Positions 8,982-17,584 of a stretch of 64,000 nucleotides of DNA are shown one piece after another. Source of the stretch: Candidatus Fervidifonticultor secundus (GTDB lineage: Bacteria; Sysuimicrobiota; Sysuimicrobiia; Sysuimicrobiales; Humicultoraceae); the NCBI GenBank assembly GCA_031459385.1, contig JAVKIP010000015.1, forward strand, positions 1-64,000, read 5' to 3'. The first letter of the stretch is position 1; each line of letters starts with the position of its first letter. The notes under the pieces were generated by a model. That model had not been told where the DNA came from. It saw only the letters and a program-made list of their open reading frames with translations, and did not search any database. Made by a program: the position numbers and the translations under genes.

Positions 8982-10487
8982 GTGTCGTCGATTCTCGAGG
9001 TCATCGTCTTCACCAGCGGGGGTGTGCTGCTGTCGCTGGAGATCATCGCCAGCCGGGTCCTCGCCCCCTACTTCGGCAACTCCATCTACGTCTGGGGCAG
9101 CCTGATTGGGGTCTTCCTGACGGCGCTGTCCGTGGGCTACGCGGTCGGCGGTCGCTTGGCCGACCGGTTTCCCTCGCCTGCGGTCTTCTCCGGAGTCGTC
9201 TTCCTGGCGGGCGTGCTCACGGTGCCGATTCCGGTGATGGCGCCGGCCGTGCTGGACGCCATCGCACGAGCGGATTTCGGCCCGCAGCTCAACCCGCTGG
9301 TGGGCGCGACGGTGCTCTTCGTGGTGCCGAGCGTCGTCATGGGCATGGTCTCGCCGTTCGCGGTGCGCCTGCGGGCGCGCGCGGTGGCCACGATGGGGCA
9401 GACCGCGGGCTCGCTGTACGCCATCAGCACCGTGGGGTCCATCGCCGGCACGCTGGCCACGTCGTTCGTCCTCATCAACTACCTGGGGGTGCGCGCCATC
9501 ATCCTGCTCATGGGGGTCGTCCTCATGGCCATGGCCGTCCTCGGGTGGCTGGCGGGTCGGCGGATGCTGCCGGCCGGCGCGGGCGTGGTGGTGGCGGTGC
9601 TGCTGGCCGGGGGCGTGGCACGCCCCGGCGACCTGTCGCCCACCGTGGTCTACGCGCGGGACACGGTCTACCACCGCATCACGGTGTCGGACGAAGGGTC
9701 GGTCCGCTACCTGAAGCTGGACAACTACTGGCAGAGCGCCACCGATCGCCAGCAGCCGCGGCGCACGGTGTTCGCCTACGCGGACTACATGCACCTGCCG
9801 CTGATCTTCGTCCCCGAGCCCCGACGCGCCTTCCTCATCGGGCTCGGCGGCGGGACGGTGCCGGCACGCTACGTGGCTGACTACCCGTCGGTGGTGATGA
9901 CCGTAGCGGAACTGGACCCCGAGGTCGTCCGGACGGCGCGCGACTTCTTCGGCGTGGCGGCGGGCGAGCGGCTGCGCATCGCGGCCCGCGACGGTCGGTT
10001 GCACCTGCTGCAGATTGCGGACCTGCAGGAGGTGATCCTCACTGACGCCTATCTGATCGATACCATTCCCTTCCACCTGGCAACCCGAGAGTTCTTCGCG
10101 CTGGCGCGAGCGCGGCTGGCGCCGGGCGGGGTGGTGGCGTCCAATATCATCGGCGCCCTGGAAGGGCCTGCCAGCCGGCTCTTCCGCGCCATCTACAAGA
10201 CCGTCCGGCAGGTCTTCCCGACGGTCTACGTGTTCCCGGTGGACTTCGCGCAGTACGGCGCCCCGGCATCGCTGCGGAACATCATCCTCGTCGCCGGCGA
10301 CGCTCCCCGGTTGCCGACGGCGGAGATCCAGCGCCGGGCGCACGCGCTGGCGGCCGGGGGCCGGGTCACGGTCGAGCGCTTCGTGGACGCCGCGGCCAGC
10401 CTGTACGAGGTGCCGATCCGGACGGACGACGTGCCGGTGCTGTCGGACGACTTCGCGCCCGTGGATGCGCTTATTCCCACGCGCTGA
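8982..10487 (+). CDS. Fused membrane domain / spermidine synthase-like SAM-dependent protein
   Basis: N-terminal TM region (LEIIASRVLAPYFGNSIYVW, GSLYAISTVGSIAGT) plus IGLGGG, ELDPEV, DGR, DAY motifs. Start is ambiguous (GTG 8982 or ATT 8991). Confidence 0.85.
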   Translation: MSSILEVIVFTSGGVLLSLEIIASRVLAPYFGNSIYVWGSLIGVFLTALSVGYAVGGRLADRFPSPAVFSGVVFLAGVLTVPIPVMAPAVLDAIARADFGPQLNPLVGATVLFVVPSVVMGMVSPFAVRLRARAVATMGQTAGSLYAISTVGSIAGTLATSFVLINYLGVRAIILLMGVVLMAMAVLGWLAGRRMLPAGAGVVVAVLLAGGVARPGDLSPTVVYARDTVYHRITVSDEGSVRYLKLDNYWQSATDRQQPRRTVFAYADYMHLPLIFVPEPRRAFLIGLGGGTVPARYVADYPSVVMTVAELDPEVVRTARDFFGVAAGERLRIAARDGRLHLLQIADLQEVILTDAYLIDTIPFHLATREFFALARARLAPGGVVASNIIGALEGPASRLFRAIYKTVRQVFPTVYVFPVDFAQYGAPASLRNIILVAGDAPRLPTAEIQRRAHALAAGGRVTVERFVDAAASLYEVPIRTDDVPVLSDDFAPVDALIPTR

Positions 10488-10580
10488 GGCGCGGGGGGAG
10501 CCCGACTGGAGACCCGCGACGGTGGGCAGAATGCCACTGCACCGACGGATCTGCCGGGCCGGAGAGGAGGCTTCAGCGCC

Positions 10581-10823
10581 GTGCCGGTGCTGAAGATCGT
10601 CCTCGGCGATGTCGTGCGCATGCGGAAGACGCACCCCTGCGGCAGCGACCAGTGGGAAGTCGTGCGGTTGGGAGCCGATATCGGGATCCGGTGCCTGAAG
10701 TGCGGCCGGCGCGTGCTGATGCCGCGGGTGAAGTTCGAGCGACGGATCAGGACCTTCATTCGCCGGGGCCCGGGCGCCGAGCCGCCTCCCCCGCCGGCGG
10801 CGCCCGGCGCAACGCCCGCGTGA
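10581..10823 (+). CDS. DUF951 family protein
   Basis: [41 protein letters not shown]; usual position upstream of ychF; AGGAGG RBS. Confidence 0.9.
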   Translation: MPVLKIVLGDVVRMRKTHPCGSDQWEVVRLGADIGIRCLKCGRRVLMPRVKFERRIRTFIRRGPGAEPPPPPAAPGATPA

Positions 10824-10957
10824 CCGCCGCCCGCACCGCGCCCGCAGGTCGCCGCGGTGTCCTGCTCTTGGCGACCGTGGCGGTCGCCGGCGCGGCGGCG
10901 CTGCCTGAGCGGGCCGCCGGTCGGCGACGAGGGTGCGCCGGTCGTGGTGCCGCATGA
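10820..10957 (+). CDS. Possible 45-aa coupled micro-ORF or gene remnant
   Basis: GTGA overlap with the DUF951 stop and ATGA overlap with the ychF start; RR followed by a hydrophobic stretch ([19 protein letters not shown]). Confidence 0.3.
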   Translation: MTAARTAPAGRRGVLLLATVAVAGAAALPERAAGRRRGCAGRGAA

Positions 10958-12048
10958 ACCTGGCCCTGGGCATCATCGGGCTGCCGAACGCAGGTAAGTC
11001 CACCCTGTTCAACGCCCTGACGCGGGCAGGGGCCGCGACCGCGCCCTACCCCTTCACGACCGTCGAGCCGAACCTGGGGCAGACCGCGGTGCCGGACGCC
11101 CGGCTCGCTGCCGTCGCCGCGGTGACGCATCCGGAGCGGGTGGTGCCCGCGGCCATCCGCTTCATCGACATCGCAGGCTTGGTGCGCGGCGCCGCCCGGG
11201 GCGAGGGTCTGGGCAACCGATTCCTCGCCCATATCCGCGAGGTAGCCGCCGTGGTGCACGTCGTCCGGTGCTTCACCGCGGGTGACGTCGCCCATCCGGA
11301 AGGCACGGTGGACCCCGTGCGCGATGCCGGCGTGGTCGAGACCGAGTTGGCCCTGGCCGACCTGGAAGCGGTGGAGCGGGCCATCGAGCGCACCGCGCCG
11401 CGGGCCAGGGTTGGAGACCGCACCGCCCGGGAGCAGCTCGCCGCCCTGCAGGACCTGGCGGCCGTGCTGAACCGGGGCGAGCCGCTGCGGCGGGCCACGC
11501 TGTCGCCGGCCGCCCGGGCGCAGGCGGCACTGCTGCGGCTGTTGACGCTCAAGCCGGTGCTCTATGTCGCCAACGTGGGCGAAGGCGCGCTGCCTGACGG
11601 CGGTCCGCACGCAGCGGCGCTGGCCGCCCTGGCGCAGCGGGAGGGCGCGGGCTGTCTCGCCCTGTGCGCGCGGCTGGAGGCCGAGCTCCGCGAGATCCCC
11701 GAAGCCGATGCCCGAGCCTACCTGGCCGCGGTGGGACTCGACGAGCCCGGGCTGCCGCGGCTGGTCCGGGCCGGGTTCGCGCTGCTCGGTCTTGTCAGCT
11801 TCTTCACCATTCTCTCGCGTGAAGTGCGGGCCTGGCCGGTTCGGGCCGGGACGACGGCGGTGGACGCGGCGGCGCAGATCCATACCGACATGGCGCGCGG
11901 GTTCGTGCGTGCCGAGGTAGTGGCCTGGGACGCGCTGGTGGCGGCTGGCAGCGTACAGGCCGCCCGTGAGCGGGGGATGGTCAGGCTGGAGGGGCGCGAC
12001 TACATCGTGCAGGACGGTGACGTGATCACGTTCCGGTTCGCGACCTGA
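10954..12048 (+). CDS. ychF: Ribosome-binding ATPase YchF
   Basis: GIIGLPNAGKSTLFNALT, YPFTTVEPN, DIAGLV, GEGLGNRFL, C-terminal TGS domain (EGRDYIVQDGDVITFRF). Confidence 0.96.
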   Translation: MNLALGIIGLPNAGKSTLFNALTRAGAATAPYPFTTVEPNLGQTAVPDARLAAVAAVTHPERVVPAAIRFIDIAGLVRGAARGEGLGNRFLAHIREVAAVVHVVRCFTAGDVAHPEGTVDPVRDAGVVETELALADLEAVERAIERTAPRARVGDRTAREQLAALQDLAAVLNRGEPLRRATLSPAARAQAALLRLLTLKPVLYVANVGEGALPDGGPHAAALAALAQREGAGCLALCARLEAELREIPEADARAYLAAVGLDEPGLPRLVRAGFALLGLVSFFTILSREVRAWPVRAGTTAVDAAAQIHTDMARGFVRAEVVAWDALVAAGSVQAARERGMVRLEGRDYIVQDGDVITFRFAT

Positions 12049-12149
12049 CCGGCCCCGCCTCTTTACGCACGGTGCGTGTCGCTGCCGCGGTCCGGGTGGC
12101 GTGCGTCGCGCGGGTGCGACGTGGGACGCGCCCGCATCTCCTCCCGTAC

Positions 12150-12178
12150 TTGTCCCCCCGAGGAGCCGATGATAGAAT
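12150..12178 (+). promoter_or_regulatory. Promoter of the rpsF operon
   Basis: TTGTCC-17 bp-TAGAAT with extended -10 TG. Confidence 0.65.
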
Positions 12179-12195
12179 TGGCGTCGCTTGTAGAA

Positions 12196-12321
12196 CCGCG
12201 GCGGTCTGAGCCGCGCGTTCCTCCTGCCCTCCACCGGTGCCCGTCGCGCGGAGGGCCGTGGGCGGGCTGCCCTCCGGGCCTGGCGCTGCGGGTCCGAAAG
12301 TCCAGAGGGGGAGGGGTTGTG
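12196..12321 (+). promoter_or_regulatory. Putative S6:S18 autoregulatory leader RNA
   Basis: CCTCC-TG-CCCTC (12220-12231) can pair with GAGGG-GGAGG covering the rpsF SD, preceded by a small hairpin; position matches the known rpsF leader. Confidence 0.5.
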
Positions 12322-12711
12322 GTGAAGAGCTACGATCTGGTGTACGTTGCCAAGCCCGACCTCGACGGCGAGGCGCTGGCCGCGCTGGTCGATCGCGTGG
12401 GTCAGCGACTGCGCGAGCAGAACGCCGTCGTCGAGCACGCGGAGGTCTGGGGCAAGCGCCGGATGGCCTATCCCATCCAGCGGTATCGGGAGGGCCAGTA
12501 CGTGTTCGTCCGCTTTGCGGCCTCGGGGGACGCCATCCCCGAGATCAAGCGGGCGCTGCGCCTCAGCGAGGATATCCTGCGCGCCTCGGTGACCGTTGCG
12601 GTCGGGTCCATCGCCAAGGCCACTCCACCCGCGCCTCCTGCCGGCCAGGCCGGCGCTTCCCAGCCCGAGGCGACGCCCGCAGGCGCAAGAACCGAGACGG
12701 CCGGGGCCTGA
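12322..12711 (+). CDS. rpsF: 30S ribosomal protein S6
   Basis: KSYDLVYVAKPDL...WGKRRMAYPI...EGQY...LRLSEDILR; Ala/Pro-rich tail. Confidence 0.95.
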   Translation: MKSYDLVYVAKPDLDGEALAALVDRVGQRLREQNAVVEHAEVWGKRRMAYPIQRYREGQYVFVRFAASGDAIPEIKRALRLSEDILRASVTVAVGSIAKATPPAPPAGQAGASQPEATPAGARTETAGA

Positions 12712-12735
12712 TCCCCCGGCGAGGGAGGGAGTGCG

Positions 12736-13131
12736 GTGCTCAACCGGATCATCCTGATCGGCCGGCTCACCCGTGACCCCGAGCTGCGGTACGTGCCCAG
12801 CGGGCAGCCCGTGGCGTCGTTCTCCCTGGCGGTCGACCGCCCGTTCACCAACCAGCAGGGCGAGCGCGAGACCGATTTCATCGATATCGTGGCCTGGCGG
12901 AAGCTGGCAGAGCAGGTGAGCCAGCACCTGTCCAAGGGGCGGCTGGTGGCCGTGGAGGGCCGGCTGCAGATCCGGTCGTTCGAAACGCAGGACGGGCAGA
13001 AGCGGCGCGTCGCCGAAGTCGTGGCCGACGCCGTCCGGTTCCTCGACCGCAAGGCCACGACCGCACCGGTGGCGGCGTCGGCGCAGGGCGAGGAGTTCGC
13101 CGAGGAGACCGAGGAGGACGTGCCCTTCTAA
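12736..13131 (+). CDS. ssb: Single-stranded DNA-binding protein
   Basis: LNRIILIGRLTRDPELRY, VEGRLQIR, acidic C-terminus EEDVPF. Confidence 0.98.
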   Translation: MLNRIILIGRLTRDPELRYVPSGQPVASFSLAVDRPFTNQQGERETDFIDIVAWRKLAEQVSQHLSKGRLVAVEGRLQIRSFETQDGQKRRVAEVVADAVRFLDRKATTAPVAASAQGEEFAEETEEDVPF

Positions 13132-13158
13132 ATTTAGGCGTCAGCGCGGGGGGGTCGC

Positions 13159-13410
13159 ATGACCGAAGGAGCTCCAAAGAAGCAGTGGCGCGGTCGCAGG
13201 CCCAAGCGCAAGACCTGTGCGTTCTGCGCCGACAAGGCCAGGGAGATCGACTTCAAGGACGCACAGCGGCTCCGGCGGTACGTGACCGATCGCGGCAAGA
13301 TCGTGCCGCGGCGGGTTTCCGGCAACTGCGCCCGGCACCAGCGCCTGCTGGCGGTGGCCATCAAGCGGGCGCGGGAGCTGGCGCTGCTGCCGTACACAAC
13401 CGGCGAATAG
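13159..13410 (+). CDS. rpsR: 30S ribosomal protein S18 (Zn-binding C+ type)
   Basis: CAFC...IDFKD...[18 protein letters not shown]...[13 protein letters not shown]. Confidence 0.98.
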   Translation: MTEGAPKKQWRGRRPKRKTCAFCADKAREIDFKDAQRLRRYVTDRGKIVPRRVSGNCARHQRLLAVAIKRARELALLPYTTGE

Positions 13411-13466
13411 GCGCACCGCCGCGCCGGCGGGCGCCGTAAGCGGCTGGCGGAGGACGTCCCTGCCCC

Positions 13467-14501
13467 ATGGCGGCAGGGCGTGGCGCATCGGTGAGTGGCG
13501 CGAGGACGATTAGCACCCGGGGGCTGACGGAGGGCGCGATCCTGGCCGCCCTCGTAGCTCTCTTTGCGGTTGCGACCCGGTATCTCCCCCTCGTCGGCGT
13601 CGCCACGGCCCTGCTGTGCCCGCTGCCCCTGGCGGTGCTCGTGATCCGACACGGGGTGCGCGTCGCGGTGATCGCTGGCGCTGTCAGCGGGCTGGTGGGC
13701 GCCACACTGGCCGGCCCGCTGGTGGGCATGGCGATTCTGATCTCCTTTGCGCCGATGGGGCTGGTGATCGGCGTCGGCGCACAGCGCGGGTGGCCGGCGG
13801 CGCGGGTGGTGGCCGCGGGCTCCCTGGTCTCCGCGCTGTCCACGGCGCTCAGTTTCCTCGGGCTGCTGGGCGGCGGGCGGGTGAGCCCCGTGGCCATGGC
13901 CGAAGAGATGCAGCGCACGATGGAGCGCAGCGCCGCCATGGCCACCGGCCTGTACGCGCGCCTGGGCGTTCCACAGGAGCAGCTGGAGACCGTCACCCGG
14001 CAGATGACCGAGGCCGCGCGGTTTCTCCCCTACCTGCTCCCGGCGTCGCTGGTGCTCGGGGCGGTGCTCGCCGCCTGGCTGAACTACGAAGTGGCGCGGC
14101 GTGTCCTGGGACGGTTCGGGTTCCGCCTGCGGCCGCTCCCACCGGCCCGGCAGTGGCGGCTGCCCGCCTGGACGGTCTGGTTTCCCGTGCTGGGCTTCGC
14201 GCTGAGCGCCGCCGGGCCGCGCGTCGCCGGCGTCCAGCTCGGAGGCGTGGGGCTGTCGGTGCTGTTTGCGTCGATGATCGCATTCATGTTCCAGGGACTC
14301 CTGGCCGCCTGGGTGATCCTCGGCAACCTGGAGTTTTCGCCACGGGAGCGATGGGTGGCCGTCGCGCTGGCGTTCATGCTCTCGACGGCCCTGCCGTTCC
14401 TCAACCTCGTGCTGTTCTACCTGGGGATCGCCGACAGCGTGGTGAAGGTGCGGGACCGGTGGGGGCTGCCGCGCGAAGAGCGGACGAAGGTGCGGTCATG
14501 A
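13467..14501 (+). CDS. YybS/DUF2232 family membrane protein
   Basis: TRGLTEGAILAAL, PLPLAVL, multiple TM segments, C-terminal GIADS; conserved slot between rpsR and rplI. Start uncertain. Confidence 0.85.
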   Translation: MAAGRGASVSGARTISTRGLTEGAILAALVALFAVATRYLPLVGVATALLCPLPLAVLVIRHGVRVAVIAGAVSGLVGATLAGPLVGMAILISFAPMGLVIGVGAQRGWPAARVVAAGSLVSALSTALSFLGLLGGGRVSPVAMAEEMQRTMERSAAMATGLYARLGVPQEQLETVTRQMTEAARFLPYLLPASLVLGAVLAAWLNYEVARRVLGRFGFRLRPLPPARQWRLPAWTVWFPVLGFALSAAGPRVAGVQLGGVGLSVLFASMIAFMFQGLLAAWVILGNLEFSPRERWVAVALAFMLSTALPFLNLVLFYLGIADSVVKVRDRWGLPREERTKVRS

Positions 14502-14944
14502 AGGTCGTGCTCTTGAAGGACGTCCCGGGGACGGGCAAGGCGGGCGCCGTCGTCGAGGTCAAGGAAGGACACGCCCGCAACTACCTGCTGCCCCGCGGTC
14601 TGGCCGTCGAGGCCACCGAGGGCGCGCTGCGCCAGGTGCAGCACCAGCGGCGCGCGGCCCAGCAGCGCCTTGAGCGCGAGCGCCAGGAGATCGCCGAGCA
14701 GAAGCGCCGGCTGGAGGTGCTGGTGCTGGAGATCCGCGCCCGGGCCGGGGAGCGTGGGCGGCTCTTCGGGGCCGTGACGTCACAGCAGATCGCCGAGGCT
14801 CTGAGCGCTCGGGGATTCTCCGTGACGCGCAAACAGGTCGAGCTAGAGGATCCCATCCGGGTCGAGGGGTTCTACAAGGTGCCGGTCCGCCTCGGTCCCG
14901 GGCTCGTAGCCCAGGTAGACGTGAACGTAGTCGGCAGCCGCTGA
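14498..14944 (+). CDS. rplI: 50S ribosomal protein L9
   Basis: MKVVLLKDVPGTGKAGAVVEVKEGHARNYLLPRGLA, GRLFGAVT. Confidence 0.98.
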   Translation: MKVVLLKDVPGTGKAGAVVEVKEGHARNYLLPRGLAVEATEGALRQVQHQRRAAQQRLERERQEIAEQKRRLEVLVLEIRARAGERGRLFGAVTSQQIAEALSARGFSVTRKQVELEDPIRVEGFYKVPVRLGPGLVAQVDVNVVGSR

Positions 14945-14950
14945 CAGGGG

Positions 14951-15037
14951 ACATCCCCAGGTTCTCCACCGTGGGGCCACAGGTTTGGTCCCCGAACATC
15001 CGGCATTACCGACACGACATCCCCAAGGGATTCCACA
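14951..15037 (+). promoter_or_regulatory. Cluster of degenerate DnaA-box-like 9-mers upstream of dnaB
   Basis: ACATCCCCA (14951), TTCTCCACC (14962) and GGGGCCACA (14973) at 11-bp period; ACATCCCCA (15017) and GATTCCACA (15029). Consensus is TTWTNCACA. Confidence 0.5.
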
Positions 15038-15085
15038 GGTGCGCGCCCAATCGTTCGGGCCGTGAACCCGTCCGCCGCAGCCCTC

Positions 15086-15113
15086 TTGACGTACCGTACA
15101 TTTGTTCGATAAT
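15086..15113 (+). promoter_or_regulatory. dnaB promoter with a LexA box between -35 and -10
   Basis: TTGACG-16 bp-GATAAT enclosing CGTAC-ATTT-GTTCG (15095-15108), one mismatch from CGAAC-N4-GTTCG. Confidence 0.7.
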
Positions 15114-15129
15114 CTGGGGCGTGCGAGAA

Positions 15130-15143
15130 CGAACAGGAGTTCG
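15130..15143. promoter_or_regulatory. Gram-positive-type LexA (SOS/Cheo) box overlapping the dnaB RBS
   Basis: Perfect CGAAC-AGGA-GTTCG, ending 3 nt before the ATG. Confidence 0.75.
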
Positions 15144-15146
15144 CTC

Positions 15147-17486
15147 ATGGCAGATGGTCCGCCTGTGGATCGCGTGCCGCCTCAGAACCTCGAGGCCGAG
15201 CAGAGCGTCCTGGGCTCGATGCTGCTGGAGCGCGATGCGATCGCCCGTGTCGTGGAGGTCCTGCGGCCCGACGACTTCTACCGGGACGCTCACCGCCGCA
15301 TCTTCGAGACGATCGCCGACCTGTTCGAGCGCGGCGAGCCCGCCGATCTGATCACCGTCACCGACCGGCTCCGGGCCCGGGGTATCCTCGACGAGGTCGG
15401 GGGCGCCTCCTACGTGACTTCGCTGCTGCACGCGGTGCCGACCGCGGCCAACGTCGAGTACTACGCCCGCATCGTCGTCCAGAAAGCGATGCTGCGGCAG
15501 ATGATCCACGCGGGCACGCGCATTGTGGACCTGGGCTACCGCGAAGACCAGGACGTCGAGCTGCTGGTCGACCAGGCGGAGAAGCTCGTCTTCGGCATCG
15601 CTGCCCGCCGTATGGGCCAGGAGTTCGTGCCGCTGCCGGAGATCCTCCGCGAGAGCTTCGACCGCATCGACAAACGGTACCGTGAAAAAGGGACGATCAC
15701 CGGCGTGCCCACGGGGTTTGCCGAACTGGACAAGCTCACGTCCGGCCTGCAGCCCGCCGACCTGGTCATCATCGCGGCCCGCCCGTCGATGGGCAAGTGC
15801 CTCAAGTTCGACGCCGAGGTCGTGGACGCGGCGACGGGTGAGGTGCGCACCATTCAGGAACTGGTGGCGTCGGGCCGCGCGCGCCTGCTGACGCTCGGCG
15901 CCGACCACCGGTTCCGTCCGGCCGAGCCCAGCGTCTTCGTGGACGACGGGATCAAACCGGTGTTCCGGGTGACGACGAGCGGCGGCCGGTGGGTGGAGAC
16001 GACGCTCACCCATCCATTCCTGACGCCGCACGGCTGGGAGCCGCTGGCGGCGCTGCAGCCGGGGGCGCTCGTGGCGGTCCCGCGCCGCCTGCCCGTGTTC
16101 GGCCGGGGCGACCTGCCCGACCATGAGGTGAAACTGCTCGCCTACCTGTGCAGCGGGCGGCTGCCGGCGAGCCCCGAGATCGCCGAGGACTTCGCCGATG
16201 CGGCGGCCGCCGCCGAGGCCATCATCGTGGCGGCCCGCCGGCCGCTCGAGGAACGCGCCATCGGGGGCGGCGCCGAGGGCGGGCTCGCCATCGAGGACCT
16301 GCGCTGGCGCTACCCGGAGGTCGCGCATCCGTCGGGTGCGCGCGGGATCCCGTCGGTCGTCTTCACCCTGCGGCGCGAGAAGCTCGCCCTCTTCCTCAAC
16401 CGGCTGCTGGGGGCCACCGCCGAGGTGAGCGAACATCCCGACGGGTGCCGGGTGACGGCGTCCCTGGCCTCGGGGCGCCTGGCCCGGCAGGTCCAGCACC
16501 TGCTGCTGCGCTTCGGCGCCCCGGCCGCGCTGGAGGGTAGCACGCTGACGCTGGGCGTGGGCGCGACGCTGGCCGTCGTGCGCGAGTGCGGCATCTTCGG
16601 GCGGGGACGGCTGCGCCGGTGGGCGCGGCACGCGCAGCGTTCGCTGCTGGACGACGTGGACGTCATGTGGGAAGAGGTCACGCGCATCGAGGAGATCGGC
16701 GCGTTCCAGGTCTACGACCTCACCGTGCCCGAGACCCACAACTTTGTGGCCAACGACGTCTGCGTGCACAATACGACGTTCGCGTTGAACATCGCGCAGC
16801 ACGCGGCCCTGGAGCACAAGGTCCCGGTGGCGATCTTCAGCCTCGAGACCAACAAGGAGCAACTCGTCCAGCGCATGCTGTGCAGCGAGGCGCACGTCGA
16901 CTCGTCCCGGCTGCGTACAGGGTACCTCACCGATGCCGACTGGCCCCGGTTGGCGGCGGCCATGGGGCGGCTGTCGGAGGCGCCGATCTTCATCGACGAC
17001 ACGGCCAACCTCACGGCGATCGAGATGCGCGCCAAGGCCCGCAAGCTGCGGGCCGAGCACGGCCTGGGGTTGATCATCATCGACTACCTGCAGATGATCC
17101 AGTCGTACAAGCGGGCCGAGAACCGCACCCAGGAGGTCTCGGAGATCGCCCGCGCCATCAAGTCGCTGGCCAAAGAGCTGGATATCCCGGTGCTGGCCGT
17201 GTCGCAGCTGTCGCGCGTCGTGGAGCTGTCGGGGACCCGGCGCCCGCAGCTCTCGCACCTGCGCGAATCAGGCGAGCTCGAGCAGGTCGCCGACCTGGTG
17301 CTGTTCATCTACCGCGAGGACTACTACGACCACGCCAAGGCCCGCGCCGAGGGGAAGGAGCACCTGGCCGAGATTCGGGTGGCCAAGCACCGCAACGGCC
17401 CGGTGGGTGACATCGAGATGTTCTTCCACAAGGAGTACGGCCGGTTCATGGACCTGGACCGCCGGCACGCGGCGGCGGGCTCGTAG
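15147..17486 (+). CDS. dnaB: Replicative DNA helicase DnaB, intein-containing
   Basis: PPQNLEAEQSVLG, AARPSMGK|T, IDYLQ, SQLSR, LRESGELEQ, KHRNGP. Confidence 0.98.
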   Translation: MADGPPVDRVPPQNLEAEQSVLGSMLLERDAIARVVEVLRPDDFYRDAHRRIFETIADLFERGEPADLITVTDRLRARGILDEVGGASYVTSLLHAVPTAANVEYYARIVVQKAMLRQMIHAGTRIVDLGYREDQDVELLVDQAEKLVFGIAARRMGQEFVPLPEILRESFDRIDKRYREKGTITGVPTGFAELDKLTSGLQPADLVIIAARPSMGKCLKFDAEVVDAATGEVRTIQELVASGRARLLTLGADHRFRPAEPSVFVDDGIKPVFRVTTSGGRWVETTLTHPFLTPHGWEPLAALQPGALVAVPRRLPVFGRGDLPDHEVKLLAYLCSGRLPASPEIAEDFADAAAAAEAIIVAARRPLEERAIGGGAEGGLAIEDLRWRYPEVAHPSGARGIPSVVFTLRREKLALFLNRLLGATAEVSEHPDGCRVTASLASGRLARQVQHLLLRFGAPAALEGSTLTLGVGATLAVVRECGIFGRGRLRRWARHAQRSLLDDVDVMWEEVTRIEEIGAFQVYDLTVPETHNFVANDVCVHNTTFALNIAQHAALEHKVPVAIFSLETNKEQLVQRMLCSEAHVDSSRLRTGYLTDADWPRLAAAMGRLSEAPIFIDDTANLTAIEMRAKARKLRAEHGLGLIIIDYLQMIQSYKRAENRTQEVSEIARAIKSLAKELDIPVLAVSQLSRVVELSGTRRPQLSHLRESGELEQVADLVLFIYREDYYDHAKARAEGKEHLAEIRVAKHRNGPVGDIEMFFHKEYGRFMDLDRRHAAAGS
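15798..16772 (+). mobile_element. Intein (325 aa) in the DnaB Walker A motif, with degenerate LAGLIDADG region
   Basis: Starts CLKFDAEV after RPSMGK; block B TTLTHPF; block F/G VYDLTVPETHNFVANDVCVHN followed by Thr+1. Confidence 0.95.
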
Positions 17487-17584
17487 CCGCGTTGCTTGCC
17501 AGTGGCCGCGGCCCGCGGCTACACTAGACGGTGCCGGTTCTAGCCACCATAGAGCACGCGCGGGCTCCCGCGCGGGGAGGATGT

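Noticed and set aside
6121..9105. 994-aa alternate-frame and 947-aa antisense ORFs over clpB
   Set aside because: Arg/Gly/Pro-rich products expected from high GC3 codon bias; clpB explains the region.
14945..15060. Chromosomal origin oriC
   Set aside because: Boxes are degenerate, with no AT-rich unwinding element and no dnaA/dnaN in the window; better explained as dnaB regulation.
15006..17258. 750-aa antisense ORF over dnaB, and similar long shadow ORFs across the window
   Set aside because: Stop-codon scarcity in GC-rich DNA; each overlaps a recognisable gene on another frame or strand.
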